A stretch of DNA of 64,000 nucleotides from a virus. Taxonomy: Duplodnaviria > Caudoviricetes. Within the stretch, counting starts at the first letter, position 1; the number at the start of each line of letters is the position of its first letter. Both the position numbers and the translations under genes were made by a program. Positions 28,111 through 38,444 of the stretch are shown here, piece by piece. The stretch spans positions 700-64,699 of the IMG/VR virus record IMGVR_UViG_2565956641_000003, one strand, 5' to 3'. Under the pieces are notes generated by a model that was not told where the DNA came from, did not search any database, and worked only from the letters and a program-made list of their open reading frames with translations.

Positions 28111-28172
28111 AAATCCTTAATTTATTTTGAATAAATCTAACATTTGGAAAAAAGAAAAGCTACAAATGCAGC

Positions 28173-31100
28173 TTATCTTCTTCTTCTAAACTCCCTATCT
28201 AGAATCCCGCCCTGATTACACTCTTGTTGAATGATCTTTCGCACCCCGTTTCCAATCACTAGCCCTAGTTCTTTTGAAGCACCTTCACTTTTCACCTCAC
28301 TAGTACCATCATTTTGGATTGTTACATAGACAGTCACTGGAGCGCTAATGGAAGCCTCACCACTTGTTGTATTAATTGAATCTAAAATATGAGATTCAAT
28401 TAAAACTTGGTAAAGCAGGATAACTTGAGTTGAGTTGTGTCTTACTATTTCCAGTTACATATCCACCATCAGCAAAACCTATTATATTTCCTTTGCGCAT
28501 GGCTTCTACTTTACCCACACCACCCCATCTGGCAATATCTTCTTGGGAAAATACTACTTCACCCTTATGAACTATGCCTGCTGGATCAAATTTACCACCT
28601 GAACCTGTATAGCCTCCATTTGAGAATCCTGCAATTGTTTGGGCAGCAATTAAACCAACAGAGGCGTAACCAAGCCCTCTTACAAGCGCAGCGGCAGGAA
28701 CCCCTAGAATTGGACCTAACTCTAAAGCCTTAGTTGATGCCAATTCAGTGCTAATAACTGCTTGAGCGATTGCTATGGCTTGTTGTGTTAAAAACATTGT
28801 CTTATAAGCTGCGCTCTGCTCACCAGTTGCATCTTTAACCATGGTAGTTACACCACCCCAAACAGAACTAGCTTGGGTCAATAAGGAGTTATAACCGTTA
28901 AGCCTTTCATCTTGGATTTGGCGTTGTAAAACCCTCTCATCCTCAATTCCTTTCATTCGGATTAACTTTAATTGAGTCTCAAGATTTTGCTCAGCTTTAA
29001 TTAACATTTGACTTCGTGTTTCAGCATCAATTAAATACTGATCCTTGTCGTCCTTCTTATTAATATCTTTAACAGAATTTTGATAAGAATCATGAGCACC
29101 ACCAACGGCAGAGCCATATTGATTTTGAAACTGCCACATTGCTAATTGTTGTTGCGACATGGTGTTTTGTGCCATTACCTCATAATAAGCACGTTGCAAC
29201 TCACCTGTTTGCTGTTCGAGAGAGGCTTTAAACTCATTGAGTTTGTCGAGTTGGAGTTGCTTGTATGCAGTCAACTCAAGACTATGGAGTTCTTTATATG
29301 CCTTTATATATTTAGCTTTTACCTCATCGCTATATTTACCCTCAGCATCTAGCCTTAGCACATTTGTGTCATAAGTATACTGAAGCTTCTGTGATTCAGT
29401 GTATTTGTAGCCATTCAACTCATAATCTTGTTGAAGATTATTGAGCTTCTTTTGCGCTTCAAATCGTGTGGTTAACTGAGCTTCATATGATTTCTTTTCA
29501 TCACCTGATAAGGCTGAATTTTCACGAATCTTCTTGAGTTGATCCTTATATTCTTGCTCCTCTTGAAGACCTTTCGACATAAAATCCTTACGGATTTTTT
29601 CGGCTTCCTCTTGAGATTTTTCAAGCATTTTAACTTGATCATTTAAGAGCGATTCATAGTCTTTAGAACTCCCTGAAAAACCACCCATTCCACCCATGTA
29701 GCCATAATAATCTTTGATGTACTGATTATTATATTTACCAAGGTTTTTACCCTTTTGAACGTTACCTTCGCCAGCATGGTAAGCACGGACTGCTTTCTCG
29801 ACATTTCCATTGAAAAGCTTCAGCAGATATGAAAGATATTTTGCAGCACCTTCGGCAGATTGCGCTAAGTTATAGCGATCTTTTACGCCATACTGGTCAC
29901 CAGTTCCTTTAAGAAATTGGAAACCACCTGCCGCACCAGAACCTTTGTTGTATGCATTTGCATTACCGCGTGATTCAATCATATGAATCGCAGACAACAT
30001 CCCGCTTGGTAGCCCATACTTGCCTTCTAATCCATCGAAGTTATATTTAGCAGCATTTGCCTTAACTTTTTCATTGACCTGTAAGACTTTGAGTTGCTTT
30101 TCAAGCTCTTTAGTACGATCTTTTTCAGATTTAGAACGTTCTTCTTCAACTTTTTTAATTTCAGTTGTAGTCAAAAGTTCTCTACCCAAAAGAGCAAGTG
30201 TGCCAAGTGGTAATTGCTTGTCTGTTCCTAATATTCCTGCCGCCTCACGCGCCTTTAGAATAATATCAGCAGATTCTTTAGAAAGACCTTGGTTGTAAAG
30301 CTTTAATCTCTCCTCATTCTGCATTGATGAAGTCAAAGAACTACTAATAAATTTCTGAATTTCAGCACTTAAATTTTTAACTTTATCTGAAGTTAGGATT
30401 GCTTCTTTTGTAATATCATTAAAGCCTTTTGCAGAGTTTGATGCTTTATTTCCTGCGAGTTCAGCATCAATTCCAAACACTTTTAAAGCTTCTTGAACCT
30501 TTTGAACTACAGGTAACTTTTCACGATAAAGGTCATTATCTTTCTGTAACTGCTTTAACTGTTCAGGCGAAATAAAATCAAGTTTATTAAGGGCTTTGAT
30601 TGCATCCTCTTGGCTTAATACCCCTTGACGAACTTTATTGGAAATCTCAACGATCTCAACATTACCTTTATAAGCATTTTGAAGATCAATAACATGGGCA
30701 TTAAAAAGACTATTTAGCTCTTTTAATTCCTTATTCTGACCTTTAAAAGCATCTTCTAAATCAGATTTAGCTCCATTTTTCTGCACACCTTGAAGTGCTA
30801 TTAATTCCTCTTTGGTCTTGTTAGCAACTTCAGTTTGTTCAGCTAATTTCTTATTTGCATCATCAGTACGCTTTTGCAGATAGGTATAACCAGCAGCCAA
30901 ACCCATCGCAGCTAGAGTTAAAGCTCCGATCGGTCCACCAATTGCAGTTAGTAGTTTAGAACCGAGAGCCTTACTTTTATTCAAAGCATCTTGAGCAAGT
31001 GTGTATTGAGCAGTTGCGATAGTAGATTCTTTTAAAGCAACGTTATGCGCCACTTCTGCTGCTGCTAAACGTTGTGTAGCTAAAGCTTGATCATCTTTAC

Positions 31101-32286
31101 TTTTTGCATTCACTAAAGCCAGTTCAGCTGATCTAACCTCTTGAGCAGCTAAAACAACATTCTGTCTTGCACGAAGCGCTTCAACACCAGTTAACTCAAC
31201 CGTAGCTGCTTGTTCAGCAAGCATACTGGTTTGATGTTGCACACTTGCCGCTATTGCAGTTCGAGTTGCAACGGCTTTATCCAAAAATGATTTGGTTAAG
31301 TAACCAATACCAACCACCATTGCACCATCTGCTAATGGTCCTAAGTTTTGTGATAAAAGCTGAATTGCATCCGCTAAAGTTTTCGCAGCACCTGAACTTT
31401 GACCTGCTTCACCAACGAACTTACCTAACTCATTGTTTAAAAGAGTTATGGATTGTCCGATTGTTATGTCTGTTTTAGAAAAGAGATTATCAACTGAAGC
31501 TTTAGCCTTTGTTAATGCTTTTACTAATTCAGCAGAGGTAATAGATCCAGTTGCAGCAACTGAACGTAGTTGACCAACAGTAATCCCCATTCCTTCTGCG
31601 ATTGCTTTAGCTAAGCCAGGAGTTTGTTCCATCACGGAATTGAGTTCTTCACCTCTAAGAGTCCCAGAACTTAAAGCCTGATTGAACTGTATTAAAGCTG
31701 CCTCTGATGCTTGAGCACTTGAACCAGATATGGCTACAGCTTTTGATACTGTTTCAGTCAATCTTGCTGTATCAGACATTGATAAACCAAGTGCTTTGGC
31801 ATTATTAGCAAAACCTTGATAAACCTGAGCTGCACTTTCCCAACTTTGGCGCGTGTTTTGAGCGATCGCAAATGTATCGTTCATAGCACGATTTAATTCA
31901 GTTTGAGTGTTGGTGACAAGTTTTAAACGGTTCTGTAGACCAGTGTAAGAATCCATCTTGTCGATAGTGCTATTGATCGTAATAAACGCTGCTAAATGAC
32001 CAGCCAATGTTTTGATCGCAACACCAGTCTTATCAACTTGTTTCTCTTGCTTCGCTAACTCTTGAGTCTGCTTTTCAACAGCCTTAGTCGTATTATTCAC
32101 AGTAGTATTGAAGTTTTGAGTAATGTTACTTGTGACTTGAATAGTTTTGCCAAGCTTCGAAGTTGAATCACTCGCCTTTTCACCACCAGTAAAGATTTTA
32201 ACCAACTCTTTACTCAACTCTTCGGCATTCTTTTTAGCTTGTTCAGAGCTGATTTCAATTACTAAACGGCTTGTTTGTTCTGTCAT
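28173..32286 (-). CDS. Tape measure protein with lytic transglycosylase domain; frameshift near 28400 separates the last ~75 codons
   Basis: [14 protein letters not shown] tape motif; IES.G...GA.G.FQF..AYHAGEG SLT; GIVHKGEVV; shifted frame continues to ...[20 protein letters not shown] at 28173. Confidence 0.9.
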
Positions 32287-32364
32287 TTGGATTACCTTTA
32301 GGCGTAAAAAAAGCGCCTAAGGGCGCATTGGAGACAATAAAAAACCGACCATTTGTAGGTCGGT

Positions 32365-32523
32365 TTATTTCAAGACTTGAGAATAAAAATATGAAAATGA
32401 AACTATTAGAGCTGAACTAGCTATGCCAATTTTAAGTATAAAATTAGCAAGAGAATTGATAGTTTTTACTTTATTAGCAACTTTTTGACTCATTTCACCG
32501 GTAATGCTTATTTTGGCACTCAT
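32365..32523 (-). CDS. Unannotated 52-aa single-TM protein
   Basis: GGAG RBS; MSAKISITGEMSQKVANKVKTINSLANFILKIGIASSALIVSFSYFYSQVLK. Confidence 0.6.
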   Translation of the reverse strand: MSAKISITGEMSQKVANKVKTINSLANFILKIGIASSALIVSFSYFYSQVLK

Positions 32524-32536
32524 TCATATCTCCAAT

Positions 32537-32749
32537 TTACATGCCAATAAAGTGGGCTGAGGCTTTTAAAATAAAGTTAACAACCATTATTAGCACTACA
32601 ATAAATGCAATATTCCAAAAAATTTTTACAAAACTTTCGGGTTTTAAGTTCATAGCTTCCATAGTTGCTCCTAGAAACTTCACTAAAAATTTGGTATTCT
32701 TATCTGACATAGATTTTTTCCTCTTTACTTCTCGGTTGAGCGGATACAA
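32537..32749 (-). CDS. Small single-TM protein (start probably MSDKNTK)
   Basis: GAGG RBS; C-terminal TM helix. Confidence 0.6.
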   Translation of the reverse strand: MYPLNREVKRKKSMSDKNTKFLVKFLGATMEAMNLKPESFVKIFWNIAFIVVLIMVVNFILKASAHFIGM

Positions 32750-32846
32750 AAAACCCCAAGAGCTGCGAACTCTCGGGGTTTTGTTTTGGTCTATAGAAAA
32801 CCATACGAATATAGTTCTCTCTTATACGTGTAGCTCTATTCAAAGA

Positions 32847-33571
32847 TCACTTCTTCTTACTCGCCTCTTCCAAAAACAGGTTGTCTAAAGCAAAGATACA
32901 ATCATTGAAAATCCATCTCGGCACCGGTGATTCATACTGCTTACAATAATCATTCACAGCCCCAAGACTTAAAGCCATAGGAATGCATTGCTCATACTGT
33001 CTAGAACGAGCAATCACGTAATAAGCTGAAAGAATGGAGTGAGCTGTGTATGAATATTCAGGCGGTAGATAGTAATCAGGCAATGGCTGACCTAGCTTTT
33101 GATAGACTTCTCTTGCTTTTTCGATGTCCCATTTCGCTGTTTGGTACTTGTAGAGCTGGATGACTTTCCCAATGTTTCAGCCTTTTCTTCGTTGGCTTCA
33201 ACTTGAATCTTTTGGGCTTCTGCAAGGATCCACACAATAAGCTCGATTGACTCATTTGTACTTGTGCAAAGAAGCTCAGCATTTTGCTTGGAATATTCAA
33301 AAATATTCCCTTCTTCATCTTCTAAGCCTTGCCAGTTCAGGACTAAGTGTGACACCGCCTTACTAAATGATTGAGCAATTTCACGAGAACTTTCATCTGT
33401 AATATCTCGGACACCTTGAATCTCTTGCTCAATACGAGTGCCACGCAACTCCATGCAATGCTTGAATGATGGCTTATCTATTCCTGCAATAAGAAATTTA
33501 GCACCATCTTTGTAATCAATCAGCTTGCTTGGAATTTTGGTTTGTTCTTGTTCTTCGATTTTAATTTTCAT
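32847..33571 (-). CDS. Tail assembly chaperone G (33092-33571) and G-T fusion by -1 frameshift
   Basis: Lambda-type slippery G GGA AAG at 33164-33170; the -1 frame runs into ORF 32847-33083. Confidence 0.85.
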
Positions 33572-33573
33572 GC

Positions 33574-34488
33574 TTATGGACCTGCCACGATAGGAATACG
33601 TTTAAGAGTAGGTGCAGCATCTGCCACAGTGAATGAAAATTGAGTGTTAAGAATGTCGCCCGCTCCACCACTCGGTAGAGGTGCTGAAACCAACACATTT
33701 GGAAGTGACAATGTGTATTTATTCCCATCTTTATCTTTCAGGCTATATTCAAGGCTAATCGGCTCATTCAAGAACTGTTTTTCATATAACTCAGCGGTGT
33801 TTTTAGACCATGCAACTGTGAAGTTACCACTGCCTTTCATGATGGTTTCCAAAATTCCAGAAATATTGTTTTCATAATCCAAGCACTTTTGAATCTGCAT
33901 TGTATTATCAATGGTCAATTCAATCTGAGTGACACACATCCCTGCTTTCTTTTCACCTTCAATCAAAATGTCGCCGGTTGAAAGACTTGTAAATGGAATT
34001 GCATCTCCTGCAGGTGTTACGGTACCAGTAGGTGCAACCTCATATGCAGTACGTTTCATTGCCATGATTGAGAATTTAGAAGTCACAATGCCACTATCAG
34101 GGATGCTCAAGGTCCATTGATTGATATGACAGCCTGTGAAAACTTGATAGTTATCGATATCAGTAAAACCGCGAATAATCGAAAGTGTTTTTCGACTAGT
34201 GCCACCAAATGTTAAGACGTTACTATTCCAAGCATTGAAGGCAACAAGCTCTAAGACACCATCTTGAATACCATAAGCCCATTCAGATTCAATATCGCCT
34301 TGTACTTCAACACCAGTCACTAAAGTACCAGCTGCAATTCGTGAATCTTTGATTGTTTGTGATTCGGTGGTTTGTGCAGATGCATCCAAACCATTGGTGG
34401 TGAATGCAAATGTATTCCAAGTTGTTGCAATCACACCGGGTGATGCTTCAAAACCAACTCGGGTTAATTGTTTAGCTCCAGAACTCAT
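33574..34488 (-). CDS. Major tail tube protein
   Basis: MSSGAK start, FTGC motif; position before chaperone and tape measure. Confidence 0.88.
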   Translation of the reverse strand: MSSGAKQLTRVGFEASPGVIATTWNTFAFTTNGLDASAQTTESQTIKDSRIAAGTLVTGVEVQGDIESEWAYGIQDGVLELVAFNAWNSNVLTFGGTSRKTLSIIRGFTDIDNYQVFTGCHINQWTLSIPDSGIVTSKFSIMAMKRTAYEVAPTGTVTPAGDAIPFTSLSTGDILIEGEKKAGMCVTQIELTIDNTMQIQKCLDYENNISGILETIMKGSGNFTVAWSKNTAELYEKQFLNEPISLEYSLKDKDGNKYTLSLPNVLVSAPLPSGGAGDILNTQFSFTVADAAPTLKRIPIVAGP

Positions 34489-34565
34489 GAAGTTCTCCTT
34501 AATTTAGGCATAAAAAAACCTCCCTTAAGGAGGTGGATAAAATTAAACCCTGACAATGCAGGGTT

Positions 34566-34880
34566 TTAAGTTTCGTAACTAATAGTTTTACCTTCAATAC
34601 CTTCAATTAGTTTCAAAAGGCTTTGATGATGTAAAACTATTGATTTGTGTTTTGGTCTAGCTCGCTCAATGTCTATTGTTATTAGCATGGCAGCTTGAAT
34701 ATTTTCTGCTGGCTCAACACTTTCAAAGATGTAAGTTTGATCATCAAAAACAATATCAGCATAACCATCTTCTTCAGAGCTTGGTCTACATTCAGCAATC
34801 ACATATGCAATATTCACGCTATGCACTCCTGCATCACTAATCTCAATTGACCTTTCGCTTGTGGGAAAGCTTGATAGCAC
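34566..34880 (-). CDS. Hypothetical protein
   Basis: ORF following KilA-N gene; start uncertain. Confidence 0.5.
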   Translation of the reverse strand: MLSSFPTSERSIEISDAGVHSVNIAYVIAECRPSSEEDGYADIVFDDQTYIFESVEPAENIQAAMLITIDIERARPKHKSIVLHHQSLLKLIEGIEGKTISYET

Positions 34881-35602
34881 CGAGCTGTAAAGTCTTGGTA
34901 ATCAATGGAACTGTTTGCAATGACTTCCACTGCATTGATTTGTTTTGAAAGCATATACTCACCGCCATTTGTAAGCCATTGATGCATTTTCTCACCATCA
35001 CGTTTATTTGCTCGAAGTTCTGAAACAACCTCTTTTGGCATAATGATTCGATAAATCCATTTATTTGTAATGTCTCCAAAAATTGCAGGACTACCACCGA
35101 TATGGTTGTTGAATTTTGTTCCTGTGATCTTTGCCAAAGCTTTGTAATATGAATCAGGAAAACGTTTTTCCCATGTAGTTGCAGTTGGCAACAACATCAG
35201 GCGAATCATATCTTGTATGGATGGTGGTGCTTGATTGGTCCGTAGCAGATTGTCGATTTGCAGATCACACCAAACCCCAAAACGAGAATCAAGCCAACGA
35301 GCAAAAGGGACTGCCAATTTAGGGTGCAACCAAGTACCTTGAGCGTTACCATTTTGACTGGTAACGGTACTTCCACCTCGTTTAGTTTTAATTAGTGATT
35401 TTGGCTCACTTATTCCCATGTATTCACAAAGTGCTTGAATATATGATTTAGTTTCAGCAAGGTTAATCCAATCATTCGTACGCTTTTTGAATCGTTTCGC
35501 AGCTTCTGTTGCATTAAACCAACCATTGTTATCAAAGGATTGGTCATAATCTTCATACTTAATTTTTACAATTGCATTCATGATGCTTCTCCGACTGTCC
35601 AT
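34814..35602 (-). CDS. KilA-N domain protein with P63C-like C-terminus (antirepressor-like)
   Basis: GWFNATEAAKRF, GTWLHPKLA..FARWL, WEKRFPDSYY and KMHQWLT motifs. Confidence 0.85.
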   Translation of the reverse strand: MDSRRSIMNAIVKIKYEDYDQSFDNNGWFNATEAAKRFKKRTNDWINLAETKSYIQALCEYMGISEPKSLIKTKRGGSTVTSQNGNAQGTWLHPKLAVPFARWLDSRFGVWCDLQIDNLLRTNQAPPSIQDMIRLMLLPTATTWEKRFPDSYYKALAKITGTKFNNHIGGSPAIFGDITNKWIYRIIMPKEVVSELRANKRDGEKMHQWLTNGGEYMLSKQINAVEVIANSSIDYQDFTARCYQAFPQAKGQLRLVMQECIA

Positions 35603-35760
35603 AAATAAAAATCACTGGCAAAGAAGTACATGAACAGTCAAAAGACTACTTCTCTTTCGGGGATCAGCCTAGCCAGTGGTTGCCATATTTCAGGCATTAA
35701 AAAACCTGCCACTAAGGACAGGTTCGTTTAAAAGTAATTCAGGTTTGCTGTGTGATTAAG

Positions 35761-36171
35761 CTAATTAACTCGAAACTCAGCTCTCACTATATTTGCGTAA
35801 AAATTGTCATCATCCATACTTTGTGGTGCATGAACTTTATAGACTTCTAAATGTGAAACACCAAATGATTGAAGAAAATCACGCCATTGGTCACATAGGT
35901 TTGCCATAGCGATTGTTCCAGTGTTTTTTGGTGCGAAACATTGGATAGAGATTAGTCCAATATCACGAATACAAGGTCCGTTCCCAATTCCAGCTATTTG
36001 GCTATCTCCATACTGAATATAGACCCTACACCACAACTTATTTGTAGGCGGAACAAAAGGTTTTCCATCTACCGTTGGTTGGTTTGGAATTCGTAGATTT
36101 GCCTTTTCCACACCATTAAACTGACCTATCTTTTGATAAATCGCTTTCTCAGCTTCGCTTAAAGTCATCAT
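35761..36171 (-). CDS. Tail terminator-like protein
   Basis: G.ISIQCFAPKNTG; position. Confidence 0.75.
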   Translation of the reverse strand: MMTLSEAEKAIYQKIGQFNGVEKANLRIPNQPTVDGKPFVPPTNKLWCRVYIQYGDSQIAGIGNGPCIRDIGLISIQCFAPKNTGTIAMANLCDQWRDFLQSFGVSHLEVYKVHAPQSMDDDNFYANIVRAEFRVN

Positions 36172-36563
36172 TTGTATTTACTCGATACTGAAAGAAAGAT
36201 TAAACCGTAAATTCCTGATGGCGCTTGTTGCGAATGACCATTCTCAAGTCTCAGTGCATAAGGGAGATTATTTTGTAAATAAACTGTGTCACCAAGTTTG
36301 GCTTGCAATATCTTTTCCGCTCCTTCAGAAAACGCTTGTGGATCAATTGAACCTTTGGGTGTTTTATTTCCGTTGCTTGGCAAGATTGCAGAATCAGCAT
36401 GATTCACTGAAATTCGATTGTTGTAGCGAAATCCTCCCTCATCAACAGGACTTGCAATAATCACTCCTCTCAACATCTCCGCACTTATCTTACGTAAATG
36501 ATCATCACCATCTTTCAACACCTGCAAAGCAAACTCTGTAGGTTTGGTTCCTTTCCATCCCAT
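36168..36563 (-). CDS. Neck protein, HK97 gp10-like
   Basis: SPVDEG.FR, NNLPYA.RLENGHSQQAPSG. Confidence 0.85.
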   Translation of the reverse strand: MGWKGTKPTEFALQVLKDGDDHLRKISAEMLRGVIIASPVDEGGFRYNNRISVNHADSAILPSNGNKTPKGSIDPQAFSEGAEKILQAKLGDTVYLQNNLPYALRLENGHSQQAPSGIYGLIFLSVSSKYK

Positions 36564-36603
36564 ATTTCACCCATTAAAAAACCCACCGAAGTGGGTTTAT
36601 AGT

Positions 36604-37347
36604 TCATGCTTTAAGCTTTGTGCTGAGAAAATATACCCTTCTAATATCAATATATAGAATATCTAGTACTTCACCCTGTGAAATCGATATATTATTTACA
36701 TGCTCCTCGATCAAACCAGGAAGCTGTTTTTCTAATAACTCTTTATTAGGTTGATGAACTTGGTACTTATGGAATAAACGAATTTCATCAAATATTTTAT
36801 ACATTTTATAATACTTTTCCAAAATCTCATCGACCACCTCAATAAACTCTTTTACTGCATCATTACCCATTCTGGATGAAAGACTACTTAATGTAGTGTT
36901 TAAGATATCAAGGTGAATTTTATTCTTTTCCTCCTCTTCTTTAAATAGATTTTTATCTTGAATATTAGTACGAATGGCTAATAATGACTTCTTAAATGTT
37001 AAAAATAACTTACGTAATTCTTGGTAAACAACCTCACTTTCGCTCTCAATTTTTATTGCGCGATGTTGTTCTCTCCAATCGCTAAAAAGAACAAAAGCAG
37101 CCACAGGAGCAAGAAATGCTGCGCTAATACTTAGAGCATCCTTTAAAATTTCATAAATTTTATCTTTAGCAGGGACAACTTTTAAAAATCCACTATTTAT
37201 TAAATAACCAACAATTAAAAAAGCACAAAAGAAATATACTGTCCAAAATGCTATATCAAATATTTTTTCTTTTAAAGTCTTGGTACCCATAAATCCCCCT
37301 TGATTTCTGGAAGATAATACTAAACTTTCCTCAACTGACAAACCCAA
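36604..37347 (-). CDS. Membrane-anchored moron protein (start probably MGTKTL)
   Basis: Two TM helices, FLAPVAAFVLFSDWREQH, AT-rich, own terminator. Confidence 0.7.
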   Translation of the reverse strand: MGLSVEESLVLSSRNQGGFMGTKTLKEKIFDIAFWTVYFFCAFLIVGYLINSGFLKVVPAKDKIYEILKDALSISAAFLAPVAAFVLFSDWREQHRAIKIESESEVVYQELRKLFLTFKKSLLAIRTNIQDKNLFKEEEEKNKIHLDILNTTLSSLSSRMGNDAVKEFIEVVDEILEKYYKMYKIFDEIRLFHKYQVHQPNKELLEKQLPGLIEEHVNNISISQGEVLDILYIDIRRVYFLSTKLKA

Positions 37348-37685
37348 ATACTTTCGCTTGGATCTTTACTCACATTCAAGACTTTAAATTGACCTTTACT
37401 TGCCAACCAAACATCATCAATCTGAGGTACTTGGCTGACTTCATTTTGAAGCACAATGGCTTTTACATCTTCGACTTGATAATCAATAGGCTTAACCAAA
37501 TCTCGCTTATATGAGCCAAATACGCCACGTCCTGAGTATTGCTTAACAATCACTGTGGGGTAAGTCTGTGAGTCAAAATCGAAATCACCAGATTGGATTT
37601 CTTTAGAACATGTGAAAGTGGTAATTGCATCTGCAAGCTTAGTATTAAAAGCCTTAGCTACTTTAGATTGAATCTTATCTCTCAT
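37320..37685 (-). CDS. Head closure protein
   Basis: Position; DP....W.CQLR C-terminus. Confidence 0.7.
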   Translation of the reverse strand: MRDKIQSKVAKAFNTKLADAITTFTCSKEIQSGDFDFDSQTYPTVIVKQYSGRGVFGSYKRDLVKPIDYQVEDVKAIVLQNEVSQVPQIDDVWLASKGQFKVLNVSKDPSESIWVCQLRKV

Positions 37686-38056
37686 CCTCGATACACCTTG
37701 AATGTGAATCCTTTGGGCTTTAGATCTAGCGAATTTATGAATGCTTTGGCAATCTGTTCAAATTCTGAAATTTCACGACTACCCTCAACAAAAGATTCCT
37801 CAACTTCAACTGAGTCGGCTTTTACACGTTCACTGGTTGTTTGTCGTGAAACACCAGAATAAATCACACCAGCTATAATACCTTTCACGATTTCACATGC
37901 TGCATCTTGCAATAAAGGATCTATTGGATCAGGAACAAAACCGATTTCATTCTTCATCCATGTATTGGCCAACAGAATTAAACGAGCTTTATCACCTTCA
38001 GGCGCAAAGTCGCTCCCCAATATACGATTTGCATCTTCTATAGTGATAAAGCTCAT
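37682..38056 (-). CDS. Head-tail adaptor
   Basis: MSFITIEDA; position after capsid. Confidence 0.7.
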   Translation of the reverse strand: MSFITIEDANRILGSDFAPEGDKARLILLANTWMKNEIGFVPDPIDPLLQDAACEIVKGIIAGVIYSGVSRQTTSERVKADSVEVEESFVEGSREISEFEQIAKAFINSLDLKPKGFTFKVYRG

Positions 38057-38063
38057 GACTCAC

Positions 38064-38402
38064 CTATTTTGTTTTGGTTGTTTTCGGTTTTTCTTCATCC
38101 GTTTTATTGGCGTTTGCTTCCAATTCGGTGATTCGGGCTTTCATCGCGTCAATGTTGTTTTTAAATGCAATAAATTCACCTTGAGCGCTTTGAAGCTGTT
38201 CTAGACAATCTTTTAATTTAATCTCAGCTTCTTCTAATTGTTTCTTTGCTTCTAAACTTGAGTCAACATCTGAAGCTTGGTTAGTTAAATTAGATAATTT
38301 TGAATCACCATAGAGTTCGTGTTGTCCATGAATAAAATCAGACTCATTGATTACACGGTATCCATTACCATCTTTGATTTGGACTGTATTTAATAAAGTC
38401 AT
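38064..38402 (-). CDS. Hypothetical virion-associated protein
   Basis: INESDF....HELY motif plus coiled coil. Confidence 0.65.
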   Translation of the reverse strand: MTLLNTVQIKDGNGYRVINESDFIHGQHELYGDSKLSNLTNQASDVDSSLEAKKQLEEAEIKLKDCLEQLQSAQGEFIAFKNNIDAMKARITELEANANKTDEEKPKTTKTK

Positions 38403-38444
38403 TTCTATTTTCCAAAAAATAAGGGCGATTTCTCGCCCTATTGG

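Noticed and set aside
12284-28170. Integron cassette array or CRISPR array
   Set aside because: Intergenic hairpins look like terminators, with no consistent attC ends, no integron integrase and no regular repeat-spacer periodicity.
33076-33318. 80-aa ORF overlapping the tail chaperone
   Set aside because: Third frame; the -1 shift leads into 32847-33083, not this ORF.
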